A DNA stretch of 54,132 bases, counting the filler, from Squatina squatina (Eukaryota), in assembly GCA_031763465.1 (NCBI GenBank). It is 3 parts of 3 records of this genome, joined end to end, with 100 filler letters (N's around TTAATTAATTAA, not from the genome) between each part and the next. Parts side by side here need not be neighbours in the genome. Positions count along the whole stretch, not along the records: positions 22,143 to 38,379 come from JARFOE010000005.1; positions 38,480 to 54,132 come from JARFOE010000168.1; 1 more part is not named here. The stretch is one strand, 5' to 3'. Positions 36,730 through 49,800 of the stretch are shown one piece after another. Below the pieces are notes generated by a model, which had not been told where the DNA came from, did no database searches, and was given only the letters and a program-made list of their open reading frames with translations. Each line of letters begins with the position of its first letter. Within the stretch, counting starts at the first letter, position 1. Both the position numbers and the translations under genes were made by a program.

Positions 36730-36835
36730 TTTACTATCACAACAGTGACTACACTTAAGGTACTTCATTGGTTGTAAGGCGTTTGGGACGTCCGGTGGTC
36801 ATGCAAGGTGCTGTAGAAAAGCAAGTCTTCCTTTC
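36730..36835 (+). mobile_element. SINE 3' tail (same family as 46513-46828)
   Basis: acaacagtgactacactt..gtacttcattggttgtaag.cgtttgggacgtcc...gcaagtctt. Confidence 0.75.
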
Positions 36836-37952
36836 TATTTTTTATTGTGGGTGGTGGCTAAGCAGCTGTCGTCACTGACGATTAGCATTGACTTAACTGA
36901 TTGATGAATGTGAAAAAAAGAACATCACTTAACACGNNNNNNNNNNNNNNNNNNNNNNNNNNNNNNNNNNNNNNNNNNNNNNNNNNNNNNNNNNNNNNNN
37001 NNNNNNNNNNNNNNNNNNNNNNNNNNNNNNNNNNNNTCTACTGCTGTTTGTTAATGCATGAGGAAATCACTAGACAGAAAATAAGAGCATGAATGTAACT
37101 GTGGATTTGAGACTGATTTAAAATGGGACTCTTTTTTGCATTTTATATTTCCCCTCCCTCCAAGCAGTCTTTAAAAATTCTGATAATCATACCCATTTTC
37201 TTTATAATACAATTAGCCCTTTGCCAACCAGCAGACAGATGGTGGGTGGAAACAGAAAGGCCATTTGATCGCAACAGAGGAGGACAAATCACCCGAAGCA
37301 ATCTGTGTTCTTGTGGAAGCAAGAGTTCAAATCTGTGTTGAGGGACAGAAATTAAAGGTCACTTCTTTTCGATGAATTTTGAAAGGCCAGAAGTCATACT
37401 AGTTTAGCACGATTGCTCTACTGCATAGTAAGTGTGATCATTAACATGAAAACTGCCCTGATTCATTAATCCAACAGGAAAATGTCGCTTATGACCTCGG
37501 GAGTTCCATACAACTAACAGCAGGAAACAAAAAGGAGCTATTCCAGCCACTGGTCACAGGATGTCGTTGAGACTAAGACTGGAACTTGCTTCTGGCTTTT
37601 AACATTCAAGTTGTTGGGATGCAAATGGCAATTGTCAAGAGGGGGATTTTTATCCATCCATCCATCCATGATTATTGCCTATGTAAACAAACTGATTTAT
37701 TTACTATTTGCAGTTCAAAATTTTGACCAAAATATTATATACAGTATTTGCTAACAAAAGACACACTGGGAGGCTGTTGTCAACTAAACTGGAAACTGGG
37801 CTGACAGCCACCTTGGATAGACATTAAACTAACAGAATCTTGTTTGAACCTAAAGAGAAGAATGATCTACTCAGCCTGCATGGCAAGGCAACTTCTTGTT
37901 GGTAATTATTTAAATTATCCTTAAGAGACAACAAGAAGAATATAAGAGACCG

Positions 37953-38055
37953 GAAATAAAAACACAACATGCCAGAAAGGCACAGCAGGCCCATCACGAT
38001 CTACTGAGGGGAAAGATGCTAGTATTTTAGATGGGGAGCTTTCATCAGAACACTT
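37953..38055 (-). mobile_element. Degenerate Penelope-like terminal
   Basis: Minus strand gttCTGATGAaagctccccatctaaaa...gggcctgctgtgcctttctggcatgttgtgttttt. Confidence 0.55.
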
Positions 38056-38177
38056 GGAAAGCAAATTTTTCTTTTGTCTTGTCAAATATTGAAGAACTTG
38101 TGGTATATTTCCACCATTTTCTAATTTTATTTAAGGCATTCCTGTGCAGAATTTTGAAGAATTCTATATTACTTTCA

Positions 38178-38379
38178 GCAACACCAACATACATTTGTAT
38201 CACGCATTTAAACTGGCAAAACGCCCCAAGGCGCTTCACAAGAGCGATACCAGTAAAATCATTTTTGACACCGAGCCACATAAGGAGAAAGAGCTTGGTC
38301 AAAGAGGTAGGTTTTAAGGAGCATCTTAAAGGAGGAGAGAGAGGTGGAGAGGCGGAGAGGTTTAGGCCGGGAATTCCAG
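38178..38379 (-). mobile_element. LINE (L2-like) 3' end
   Basis: gcttggtcaaagaggtaggttttaaggagcatcttaaaggaggagagagaggtggagaggcggagaggtttag, the reverse complement of the family at 9870. Confidence 0.75.
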
Positions 38380-38479
38380 NNNNNNNNNNNNNNNNNNNNN
38401 NNNNNNNNNNNNNNNNNNNNNNNTTAATTAATTAANNNNNNNNNNNNNNNNNNNNNNNNNNNNNNNNNNNNNNNNNNNN
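38380..38479. other. Artificial scaffold linker (44 N + TTAATTAATTAA + 44 N)
   Basis: Same construct as 22043-22142. Confidence 0.95.
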
Positions 38480-38941
38480 TAGCGCTAGCGCTGGAGGACC
38501 AATTGGGCGCCCCAAATCTCTTATGCTTAGAGGTGAGCCTGTTCAACCCAATGACTAACTACAATGGTGTAACCCACTGGAGTAGTAATAGGATCTCTTG
38601 TGATCTGGACCGGATATTAGTGTTTTTTTGCACATGTTTCCAAGTGCCTCTCCATTCTTCTCAAAGGGAGACCAAGAAAACATCTAGTAAGAGGAGACCA
38701 AATACAAGTTGTTAAAACTGCTTTCTTGCTGGTGTTAAAGTTCCCCTCCAGCGTTCCTTAGTAACCATTCAATGGCAAGTGATGGAGATGGAACTTAGGT
38801 GGAATCAGCACTGATTTCCCCTTTTGATCACTTGTGAATTTTATGTCTGCTCAGTCCTGCATATGAAGACACAGCTGGGGTCAGCAACATCTTACCTAAG
38901 GCATATCCAGGTGTGCAGATCCATTCCATGTTTTGTGGCAG

Positions 38942-39014
38942 ACCTGACTTTGTGGTTAACTCATTCGGAGCTCAGTACTGGCCCCATCTCTGGTCTTGTG
39001 ATGGCCTCAGTCAG
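38942..39014 (+). other. Candidate 73-bp internal exon of an unidentified gene
   Basis: ttttgtggcag acceptor and CAG|GTGAGT donor. Two frames are open. No homology recognised. Confidence 0.3.
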
Positions 39015-40029
39015 GTGAGTGTCTCAGAAAATAACAGATGGAAGAACATGGTTGAGGAAGAGTTTGTCCAATATATGGAAGTAGGTCCAGTGTTGCTTAT
39101 TCAGGATATAAGGGAACTGTTTCTATTTCAAAAATATTCTCTCATGTTCTTCAATACAGACTTCCCTTTCTCTGTATTAATATGAATTGCAGTGCTTTCA
39201 TTATTTGTGAGTTTTCTACCACTATTCATCATTTAGAATTAAGTAGATTTTTAAGACAGAACAAATTCTTCTTCTTACAAAATATGCATTGTTTTATATG
39301 TTTTTGTGACAAGATATATCCATTGGGAAAAAAATACTGCAGATGCATTTGTCAGTGAATAATGGCCTTGCAGACAAGGAAAAGCTCATACAATGGAGCA
39401 GAAGAATATAAAACAAGGATAATTACTTTGCTAAATATTTAACAATTTAGCTAAATACAGCGGGGTGGAGTTTCTGCTTCGGGTGCAATCGTTGATCCGG
39501 ATGCAAATTTCGCCCAACATTACACACGTCTTTTTTTTTCCTCGAGTTTCTGCTCAAACGAATTTCCATATCACCAAACGTAAAATCTGCCATCTGGTAA
39601 CCTGGTGCGGTTTGACGAATCCCGCTAAAAATTGGCTTATCCCCCCCCAAAAATAAGCATTTTAATCGGAGTAATTAGTTAATCGCCTGTGAGTAACGCA
39701 AATTTAAATAACTCAAGATTACTTTAACAAAAAAAAACTACACAGAACCATTATCTGGTTATATTGGTGTAGTTGTGAGTTTCTTAGTAAATTTAAAAAA
39801 AAAATCACAAGCTTTTAAAACGTGCNNNNNNNNNNNNNNNNNNNNNNNNNNNNNNNNNNNNNNNNNNNNNNNNNNNNNNNNNNNNNNNNNNNNNNNNNNN
39901 NNNNNNNNNNNNNNNNNNNNNNNNNAAAACGCACGCCACCTCAAAACTCCACGTTATTACAATGAATACGAGCGTTGTTTGAGGAAGTGAAAGGTTAAGT
40001 AGTGTTGATAAGCCACTCAAGTTTGGATT

Positions 40030-40272
40030 GCCTTTGGTCCACCATTCGCGGCCATGCCTTCAGCTGTCTAGATCCCATGCCCTGCGATCCCCTCCACCTC
40101 TCTCTCCTCCTTCAAGACCCTCCTCAAAATCTACCTCTTTGACCAAACTTTAGGTCACCCCATCTAATCTCTGCTGCTTTAGCTTGGCATTCAATTTTTA
40201 CTTACACCTCTGCGAAGTGCCTTGGGACATTTTTTCTACATTAAAAGCATGACATAAATATAAGTTGTTGTT
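40030..40272 (+). mobile_element. LINE (L2-like) 3' end
   Basis: ctcctccttcaagaccctcctcaaaatctacctctttgacc...ccttgggacattt...aagttgttgttg. Confidence 0.72.
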
Positions 40273-43200
40273 GGTAAGTTATGCCATTAGCAGAAACTCC
40301 AAGCCACTGTGCTACATTGACCAATAATATTTTTGGCGGCGCTTAGTACATTGTAACTTGTTTACTCATGTAAACCTGGGAGTTGTATTCTCTTTTTCAG
40401 AAAGGATTATGTGGTTTGAGTGATTTGAAAAGAATCTGAATGCCTTAGGTGAGAGAAATATGAATATAAGGCAATATCTTATTGTTTCTAAATGTAAAGT
40501 GTGTCCTTGGGATTGGAACTTTATATCAAATGATTGCATGTCTCACTTCATTCTACGTTCCAAATAATGTTCTAGGTTCCCTTAAGGGATAAGCCTGGAG
40601 CCGATTGCAGCATCATTTAACGATTCAGTATCCTTGGTTAATAAACCCATGATCCGAGCTGGCTCGCAAACAGAATTTGAGAAACTACACAAAGCAATAT
40701 AAATGCAAATGCATCCGATGTCATTATGTCCGGCCTTTTGTTATGTATTATGTCTCCATACATTTGTGTTGTTGTTCTGTCTTGTATCTTGTATTTCATT
40801 AATTTCTGAGGAAAACTGTCGTTAAAAAAAAAAGAGCAATTAAACCAGGTTTAATTGAAGTTTTCAAACAATGTAATTAGACTTGGTCTAATTAGTCTGT
40901 TATTTCCCCACCTCCAATTTACTGTCTGGCAGCGTCCTATGTGGTTCATTTCTACAGATCATTAAAGTCCACCCCTTTCTACCTAGCCTCCGTGTGTAGT
41001 ATTAAAAACACCGGGTTTAAAATTGGATTCCTCAGGCAGCATGCTGTATAGTCTGTATATTCGTTGTTGTACACTNNNNNNNNNNNNNNNNNNNNNNNNN
41101 NNNNNNNNNNNNNNNNNNNNNNNNNNNNNNNNNNNNNNNNNNNNNNNNNNNNNNNNNNNNNNNNNNNNNNNNNNNTGCATCCAACACCTGCAGAACCAAC
41201 CCCCACATATCCAAATGAGACTGACTGCCAAAGCATCAGGATGAGCCAAATTCCTGCTCTCACACACCACACTCCCAGCAACAGACCAGCTGGTGAAGAA
41301 AAAAACTCAGGCTGCAACATAATGAGTGATCAGTCTATATAAGTGATGCCTCCTATCAGCCCTGTAAACACCTTGTATCACAAGAGCTTTACTGCTTAAT
41401 ATGCTATAAATTAGGCCATCTCAATTGTATTTTTCTTTCCAGTATAGTGAGGAACACACTCTTGCAGAACATGACTCTCTGCATCAGCATTAACAACATC
41501 CACATTTCACTTGGTGTCAGTCAGTAGCTGTGAGATGGGGAGGCTCTGAGTGTTGCTATTGGAAGCAATCACGGTAAGTTGCTTGCTATGCTGCAGACTG
41601 GAATGAGATTGGAACCATATTACAGCTGTTCAGGAATAACACATTAATGGGCAATGTTACCATGACAAAAGCCATTTGAACAATTCACTGCACCTATACC
41701 AAACATCACTTAAGGATGCTGATTGGGTTTACCTCTGCTTTCTGAAATTAACCTGTTGAGTTTATTTTAAGCAGAAATGATACAGGTCTTGTGAGTTTAT
41801 GTATGTATAGTTCTTGCTCTGTTTCCGGCCAAGAACTGCACACTCACATTTTATATATATATATGTACATTCAGGATTTCAAATGTCCACCCAATTCTCC
41901 TTATGTGCCGCAATAGCCAATTGTTTATTTGGTATCTCTCCATTTTATCAATATTACTACAGTCACTCCTCCCTTGAACTTTCGATTCCTTTTACAGAAT
42001 GCTACACGCTCCTCCTCCTCCCAGTGCACACCCTGTTAGAATCAATTCCCACTNNNNNNNNNNNNNNNNNNNNNNNNNNNNNNNNNNNNNNNNNNNNNNN
42101 NNNNNNNNNNNNNNNNNNNNNNNNNNNNNNNNNNNNNNNNNNNNNNNNNNNNNACAACCATTGCCCGTGGTACCAGCAAAGGTCGAGGGGAGGAGGGGGA
42201 ATGGGAAAATTGCGAGGAAAGGAAAGAAAAACTTGCCAATTAATTTAAAGAGGGGAGGGAGCGTGAATTTTATAGTGAAAGGTCTTGCAGGTCAATTACT
42301 GGTTGAGCAATACACCAGGGGGCCTTGTAGTTGGGACGATATCTGACAGGACCTGTTAACTATTGCAGAATGTAAGACTCATTGCAGCCATAGCCACAGA
42401 ATGCAGGGAAAAGCAATACCAGCCTGCCAGTCGCAGCTAAAGGCATATTTAAAGGATGAACATAATTTCACACATATATTTGTCACAGTGCAGCAACCAT
42501 TTAAAATGAAAAGAATAATAAGACAATAAATTGGCTTCTATTTCCTCTGGAACGCATTGGGATTCAGGCGTTGCGCACAGGGATTTATAGATGAAAGACA
42601 GCAATTTCATAGAACATTAAGTCAGTTCTTGCTGTGCGGTAAAAAGTGGATCTGTGCTGATGCTCTGTGGAATTTGGGGATTATCCTTGATGCTCTGCAG
42701 AATATAGGGCTTATCCCTTCATTGAGTTGGACCTCATGAATCTGGTAACATGGAGTGGACGTANNNNNNNNNNNNNNNNNNNNNNNNNNNNNNNNNNNNN
42801 NNNNNNNNNNNNNNNNNNNNNNNNNNNNNNNNNNNNNNNNNNNNNNNNNNNNNNNNNNNNNNNCAAATGAACGAATCAAAATCCACTAAAGGGAGGAACT
42901 CACAAAATAAACTAATGAAATGTTCATTGAATGCTATCTTCCCACCCCAGTGTTGAATTGTGGTATTATCACCTCCTTTTGCAGTGTTATGATGGGAGTG
43001 CTAATGGTTTTCTGCATGGTTTAATTTCAGTGTCTACAATATCATGGTTATTGGGTGCTGAAGGGGACCAGTGAAGTCAACTTTCTGTCATCCATGTCTG
43101 GAGTTGCCACAAGCTTTGCACCAATAACCAACTGCCCTCTGTCATCCCTCCAGTCACCGGCTATGAAATTGAAGCTCAGTGTTACCTGCTCTCCACTGAT

Positions 43201-44782
43201 TCAAACTACGCAGCCACACGCAGAGAACAGTATGGATTCTTTGATTCTTTTATCGAGAATGGTCAGTGTGTTTTTTACTCAGCATTCGTGGATGCTNNNN
43301 NNNNNNTATAAGAGCACAGGAGTTATTAGGAAGAAGAAGAAAGCAAGGCTATCACACTTGTGAAAATGCAAAGAATGTTTGCATTTTCAACTTGTCAACA
43401 GGGCGTAAAGCTCGTATTGTGCTTAGCCACCAGTTGTAGAGTGGAAATGGAAATCAGGCGGTCGATTGGTAACATTGAAATTGAGAATCTACCCTTTGAT
43501 CTCAATACAGTAAGGATGCAGGGTGGAGAAGGTGTGTTTGTGGCTTAGGAAACAAAAGATAAGACAATCTTGGGTGCCTAATTGGCCTTTTTATAGTCTG
43601 TGGCTATATGGGGCCAGTAGGTATAAATTTAGCGCCCGTTTTGGNNNNNNNNNNNNNNNNNNNNNNNNNNNNNNNNNNNNNNNNNNNNNNNNNNNNNNNN
43701 NNNNNNNNNNNNNNNNNNNNNNNNNNNNNNNNNNNNNNNNNNNNCCGCCCACATTTTTCTGATCTTTGCACCGTAGAATAATTGTTCCCTGAGGTGCTGA
43801 CTCCAGGGATATCAGCACCGTTATGTCCGGTAGCATAAAAGCAGGTCTCTGTGAAACTGTCCCTGTTCCACATTGAAGTGGGCCGATTAACCCAGGGCAT
43901 TCACTCCCTGTAAGCTAGCTGAACATGTGTCTAAAAGTAATTAATAATTTATTTTCAGTGATATGGAGGAGGTACAATGGGCTACGAACCTTGCTGCGTC
44001 GGTCCCCGTCCTTGACTTTTCTTGTGTTGTTCTTTAACAACAGCAAAGGACTCTTTTAAAAAACAGCAGACACAAGCATGCATCTGTCAGTCAGCGGCAA
44101 GGACACAGGCAGAGGCAAGCGTTTCCTACCTAGAGGCAGCAGGAGCAAGCAGATAGATTAGAAGAAGGTCTTACCCTTCAGAAAGAGGATAAAGGTTGGC
44201 GCAGCAATTACCTGGCACTAAGGGACAGATGGTGCTTCAGGCCAGTTTCAGCACAGCAGACAAACCATCACTGACATATGCAGGTGAACTGCGGGAGTAT
44301 TTAGCGCTGTCCTCAGTTGACAATGCTTCACCACTCAGCCCAGAAGCAGTGAGAGTGAACCTGCCACTCAACCTTTCTGCTGCAGTGCCCAAGCGACGAT
44401 CGTTGCTTCAGTCAGTCTGTCCTGTCTGTGTATATCCAACGGGCCACAGCTGCTGGAGTTAAGAGAGAGGATGGATGCAGATAGCAGTCTCAACTCCAAT
44501 TCTATCATTGTGACCGGGACAAGCATGATTAGACCTTAATGAAAACACGTTTTAAAACGGATGAGCAGGTGGAAAACACACTAAGCTCACAGTATGAAAG
44601 CTGTCATAAACTTTGCTCTAGAGGCATTGGGGAGATATTAACCCCGCAAAACAGGCGGGATGGGGGGAGGGGGGGCGGTGGTNNNNNNNNNNNNNNNNNN
44701 NNNNNNNNNNNNNNNNNNNNNNNNNNNNNNNNNNNNNNNNNNNNNNNNNNNNNNNNNNNNNNNNNNNNNNNNNNNNNNNNNN

Positions 44783-45369
44783 CCTTGCTGGTTAAGTTCT
44801 GCTGGTTAAGGTCTGCTGGCGTTTGTTATGTGCCACTTTTTCCTGCAGGAGAGAGGAAAGTGTGTGTCAGTGAGTGTGGTGAAATGTGTTTGTGTGGTGT
44901 GCCTGTCATGGTTGAATAGCTGACAATGTGTTCAAGCTGTGAGATGTGGATGTGAGGCTTGTAGCAATGCTAAGTATGTGCGAGTGAGGTGAAGCTATGA
45001 ATATGAGGTATAAGCTGTGTTTTGGTAGAGATTGTTGGTAGGTGAGTGATGGGGTGCAGTGTATTGAGCAGTGTGTGAGGCTAGAGGTGCAGATGGTGGG
45101 ATATGGCATTTGCAGATGAGTTCACTGACCTTGCCCACTCATGTGAGGCCATTAAACTTCTTCCTGCCCTGAGTCCAGGTCCTCGCGACTATACTACTGG
45201 CATTGACCGCATTGGCTATCTGCTCCCATTGCCCTCTTGTCTGTTGCCTGAAGGGCATCCTAACTTCCTATGGGAAGAGGACCTCTCTCCTGGAGTTGAT
45301 CTCCCAGAACAACACCTCCAGTGCTGCATCTGAGAACCTTGAAACCTTTTCTCTGGCCTGTTGAGCCAT
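44783..45369 (-). mobile_element. PIF/Harbinger Myb/SANT ORF1 relic, two exons (45369-45130 and 44842-44783)
   Basis: MAQQAREKVSRFSDAALEVL...RREVLFP*...QWEQIANAVNA...RTWTQGRKKFNGLT*VGK, GTCAGT donor, ctcctgcag acceptor, then EKVAHNKRQQ. Two in-frame stops. Confidence 0.85.
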
Positions 45370-46512
45370 TACTCTGTCTTCTTGTTTATGACAGGAGCCT
45401 CCACAAGAAGTTCCAGGCAGAAGGCACCTCCCCTTTAAGAGTTGCAGACTGCCTTTACGTAGTGCAGGCCAGCTTTAGCTGGAGCTAGCCTCGCACGAAC
45501 CTGGGACCCCTGTTGAGCATTCAGTCACTCAGCAGCTCTCGGCTGGACAGAAGGCAACACAAATTTTACACGTGCCGAACGGGCATGGGTTCCGATTGCA
45601 TCACGATCCTCGGCTCTGTTTTCGGAGGATACCAAAGTTCTAAGCTGCACTTTTCAATCAACGGTGTTAAGCTGATTTAATTTGGAATTTCAAGGCGCTG
45701 CAGGAGCTCGGTTTAATAGTCAGTAGACTTCCTATACAATTAGTGGGTTTCTCTTACAGACAGAGGATTCATTTTAGTTCATTGCACCAGTGCCTAAGGA
45801 ACAACCTTCTGCTAAAACAAAAATACATTACAAAGAAACAATAAACCTTCCCACATTGGTACAAGCATTGTATTGATTAAGCAATCATGAAGCAATTTGT
45901 TTTTAAGCCATCAGAATGTAGCAAAGTGTTTGTTTTAATAAATCACTCTGGCCTCAAGGGTCAACTTCTGTACTGCACACAACAAAAGAATGCACCTCAC
46001 AGAAAGGACTCGAGTTCGATGATTATTAAATATATGGCATCCATTGAGCAACCGTTTTGTCGTTGGGCTTACTGTCATTTTTCTTTCCCTGTATGTACTG
46101 CCAGGAGTCATGTTGGGACTACTGTGATTTAATAACATAGAACTGCAAGTGATCTGCGGTGCAGTTAGTTACACGCACACTGTAGCACACTGATATATGC
46201 TGTTGGCTTAAACAGGAATTGCTCCAGTATTGCTTAGATGTACCTTTAAATTATAGCCCGGTGCTCGGCTGATGCCTCCATTGGTAAAAATCACTGCCCA
46301 ATGTGGAACCGAGACATGCCACAATAAGAAAGACACAAGGCTGGCGTACAGTTCATCTATGATCGCAGCCAGTTTGCTGCTCACAGAAGTATTAAGCAGA
46401 TGACCAATGTATCGCAGGGAGAGAACTACTGTGCCATTGAGCAGCAACACCGTGATCTGGCTGCCCAGCTTCCCTGCATTAATGGCTTACACACCCACCA
46501 CGTGCCCCTACA

Positions 46513-46828
46513 AAGAAAGAAGAAAAAAAGACTTGCATTTATATAGCACCTTTCATGACCTCATGACATCCCAAAGCGATTTACAGCCAATGAAGTACTT
46601 TTTGAAATGTGGTTACTGCTGTGATGTAGGAAACGCGACATCCAATTTGAGCACAGCAAGATTGCACAAACCGCAATATGATGATGACCAGATTAACTGT
46701 TTTTAGTCATGTTGATTGAGGGATAAATATTGGGCAGGACACTGGGGAGAACCCTGCTCTTCTTCAACATAGTGCCATGGGATCTTTTACGTGCACATGA
46801 GAGAGCAGACGGGGCCTCGGTTTAACTG
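46513..46828 (-). mobile_element. DeuSINE-family SINE (SacSINE1/AmnSINE-like), truncated
   Basis: aagacttgcatttatatagcacc tail, and gggatcttttacgtgcacatgagagagcagacggggcctcggtttaac resembling the Deu core. Confidence 0.8.
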
Positions 46829-49800
46829 GCACTGCTGGACACTATGCCTGTGGCCTGCAACACCAGGAACAGCGTCCACAGCATCATGGTGATCAGGATC
46901 CTCCGCATCAAACATTGTGATAGCCGATTCTTGAGCATCAGTCATGATGCTTTCATCTGGGCCANNNNNNNNNNNNNNNNNNNNNNNNNNNNNNNNNNNN
47001 NNNNNNNNNNNNNNNNNNNNNNNNNNNNNNNNNNNNNNNNNNNNNNNNNNNNNNNNNNNNNNNNTAAGTACGTAGAGTAAATTGCAATCAGAGGCACCCA
47101 CACGCAGGAAGCCTCCAATCACAATTTCAGGGCCATTATAATCTTGCATTATTTATAATGAATACTGTTATATCAGTTAGCTTTAGCTCTCATTGATACT
47201 AATTAGAATTAATACCATTGAGTGACTAGGTCTGAATATTGTTGTTGATGTTTGTCGATTTTCAAAGCAGAGCAATGCTCTTTAAGTGAAAGATGTTTCT
47301 CTTAGAGAGTTAATCGGAACAAATTATCAGCTGGGTAAGGTCACCTCACCCAAATACGAATAAGAGGAAGAGCAATGTTTTGCTGTACTGTTTGCTTGCC
47401 ACTATTCCCATACTTGAGACTCTATTAGATTCTAAGAGAGAAGCTTCAATAGCTTTTGAGGCGTTGTAGGATTTGTGTTGCCGTATGCATGTCAACATTG
47501 GCTTGTACTCTTGCAATATTAGTTTAATCCTGACGCTTCGCTGTGTTCCTCATGTGTAAATACGTATTGTAATTAATTTTACCCTGTAAAAGTTCAGATC
47601 TGTGTGCCGATCTTCATTTCAATGAGAAGACTGGCAACATCACAAATTCCAATAGGCAGTTTACGACCAGTCAGGCGGCGTCCTGGGTCACGTAGTACCT
47701 ATAAATGGGGGCTCTGCAAAATACCGGTTATGGTGGGGAAGAGGTTTGCACACTGAAAGGACCTTGAAGCCCTTGAAAGAGAAAACGTGCATTAAAAAAA
47801 AAACACATTCTTTTCATCATACAGTAAAATCGTTTAATGCTTCTACATTTTGTGCTTGCAAGCAATTTAAAGACAATCGGTAAGCAGTTTTTTTTGTTGA
47901 AGACATTTTAATTTTAATAATAAATTGCATTGATTATTTGGATTTCTTGCAAGTGAAAATATGTCTTTTTATCCCCCTCTCTGGAGCTGATTGATAGTTG
48001 AACAATTGTTGCAAGCTAGTAAAGGCGATAATACAAAGATTGGCCAAATTAACAGTCGCTAAATAATTAATTTGCTCATGGATAATTCATAAGAATTTAT
48101 TTAATAGCCTCTTCATCTGATCCATCGTTCTTGTAAACCATCATTAAATTTCATTTAGTTCCACATGATCTATCAAAGCCTACTGCCTATATATTTTAGG
48201 AGATGAATATTTATTAGAAATTCTCTTTTTGCTCCAAGTCAATGGATTGCTTGGCTGTTTGTGCATGTCTTCAAACAACTCTTTCAATTAATATCAATCA
48301 TGAGGGATTAAATAACAATACCTAATCTTTTCAATGATTTTAAAATATCCTTTCTGGCCATCTCCCTCTGAACTGAGCAAAAGGCTGGACTGGAATACAG
48401 GAGCTAAAATGTGCTGCCCTTAGGTTTGGTGGTGCAATGTATTGGCTTCACACACTGGCTATTGGCTTCAAATCCAACCCATAATGATGCAATAAAAGCC
48501 TTCTACCATATGCTTGCATTAAGGGTTGCATACAAAATGATGGTGGATGGTCTCAATTCAATGCTTAATGAACATGTGGCCATTGCACTGATTGGTGTAA
48601 AATGTTCAGTTCCACGCAAGAATGCAGGATTTTTTTTTATCTAAGTCTTCTGTCGTTACTTGAATGATGGAGATCAAGAAACAGGTGCCAGAGATTTCTG
48701 CTGGAGGTTGGAGAGGCTGAATTTATTGAGGCCCGATTTAGGGGAGGGGACTTGGTGGTAGGCCTCCCTGCCTCATTTTCCCTGCAGCACTGCTCCAACA
48801 CGTGACTCGAGGAAAATGCAGCCCAACTGCTCCCTCTATTTCCAGAGGAGAGGCACCGCATACCGATGGCAGATAAAATAGATGTCCTCCCCTAAACTGG
48901 GCCTCAGTAAANNNNNNNNNNNNNNNNNNNNNNNNNNNNNNNNNNNNNNNNNNNNNNNNNNNNNNNNNNNNNNNNNNNNNNNNNNNNNNNNNNNNNNNNN
49001 NNNNNNNNNNNCATTAGAGAAAAAGTTTTCAGTTCTTAGGACCATTCACTCAGCCTTAGCTGCTGATTTCCAACCAAAGGAACCCACGAAAGGGAGCCTT
49101 TCCACACACGATTGCGGGTAAAGAGGTCTGCATGAAGGCGTTTTATGAGCAATTTCTTTCCAGTCACAATCAGTTGATCAGTTCACCAGGACTGCTAGCA
49201 AGCAACATCAGCATAGGAGTAGATCAAAATGCACAAGGTTCTTGTGCTGTGCAAGAGCTGAAGATAAGGATTTAGTGGAGAACGTGACCTTTAACTAAAT
49301 AGCATTAGTCAGAAATCAGGAGAGGAGGAATGTGTGAGTCAATTAAGGCCTGATGTAGGACTGCTAAGATTTATGTGAACACCTCTGTTCATTTGTAGAG
49401 CAGATATGGCTGTACATCAACCGCAAGATATCCCCCATATCATGAGAAGTAATTTCCAGTTCACATTTTACAAGATCCTGTCAACGGCGACGCAAGGAAA
49501 GAATAAAATGCCTTAAGTCTGCCTTACCATTATCCTGATAAGTTACAATATTATAGTCACATGACAGACAGACAGAAATTGAATGTCCAATTGCTCATAC
49601 CATCATCTCACGCCAACTAGAACAGCTAATGGACCTTACTCTCATAATTAGAATTAGCCCAGCAATAATATCTAGGGTTGCATTTCCATCTCACACCAAC
49701 ATAGGCACAACAGCAGCTAAATGAACCAGCAGAGAATTATATTTCAAGTACCTATTAAAGCGAGAGATGACTACACTGGACAGACAAATGGAAGAACGAG

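Noticed and set aside
43047-43160. Possible minus-strand terminal exon (GDWRDDRGQLVIG...STQ*)
   Set aside because: The acceptor is plausible but no protein family is recognised, so support is insufficient.
46235-46507. Apparent minus-strand exon with AG/GT ends
   Set aside because: All three frames have stops and the pyrimidine tract comes from the adjacent SINE tail.
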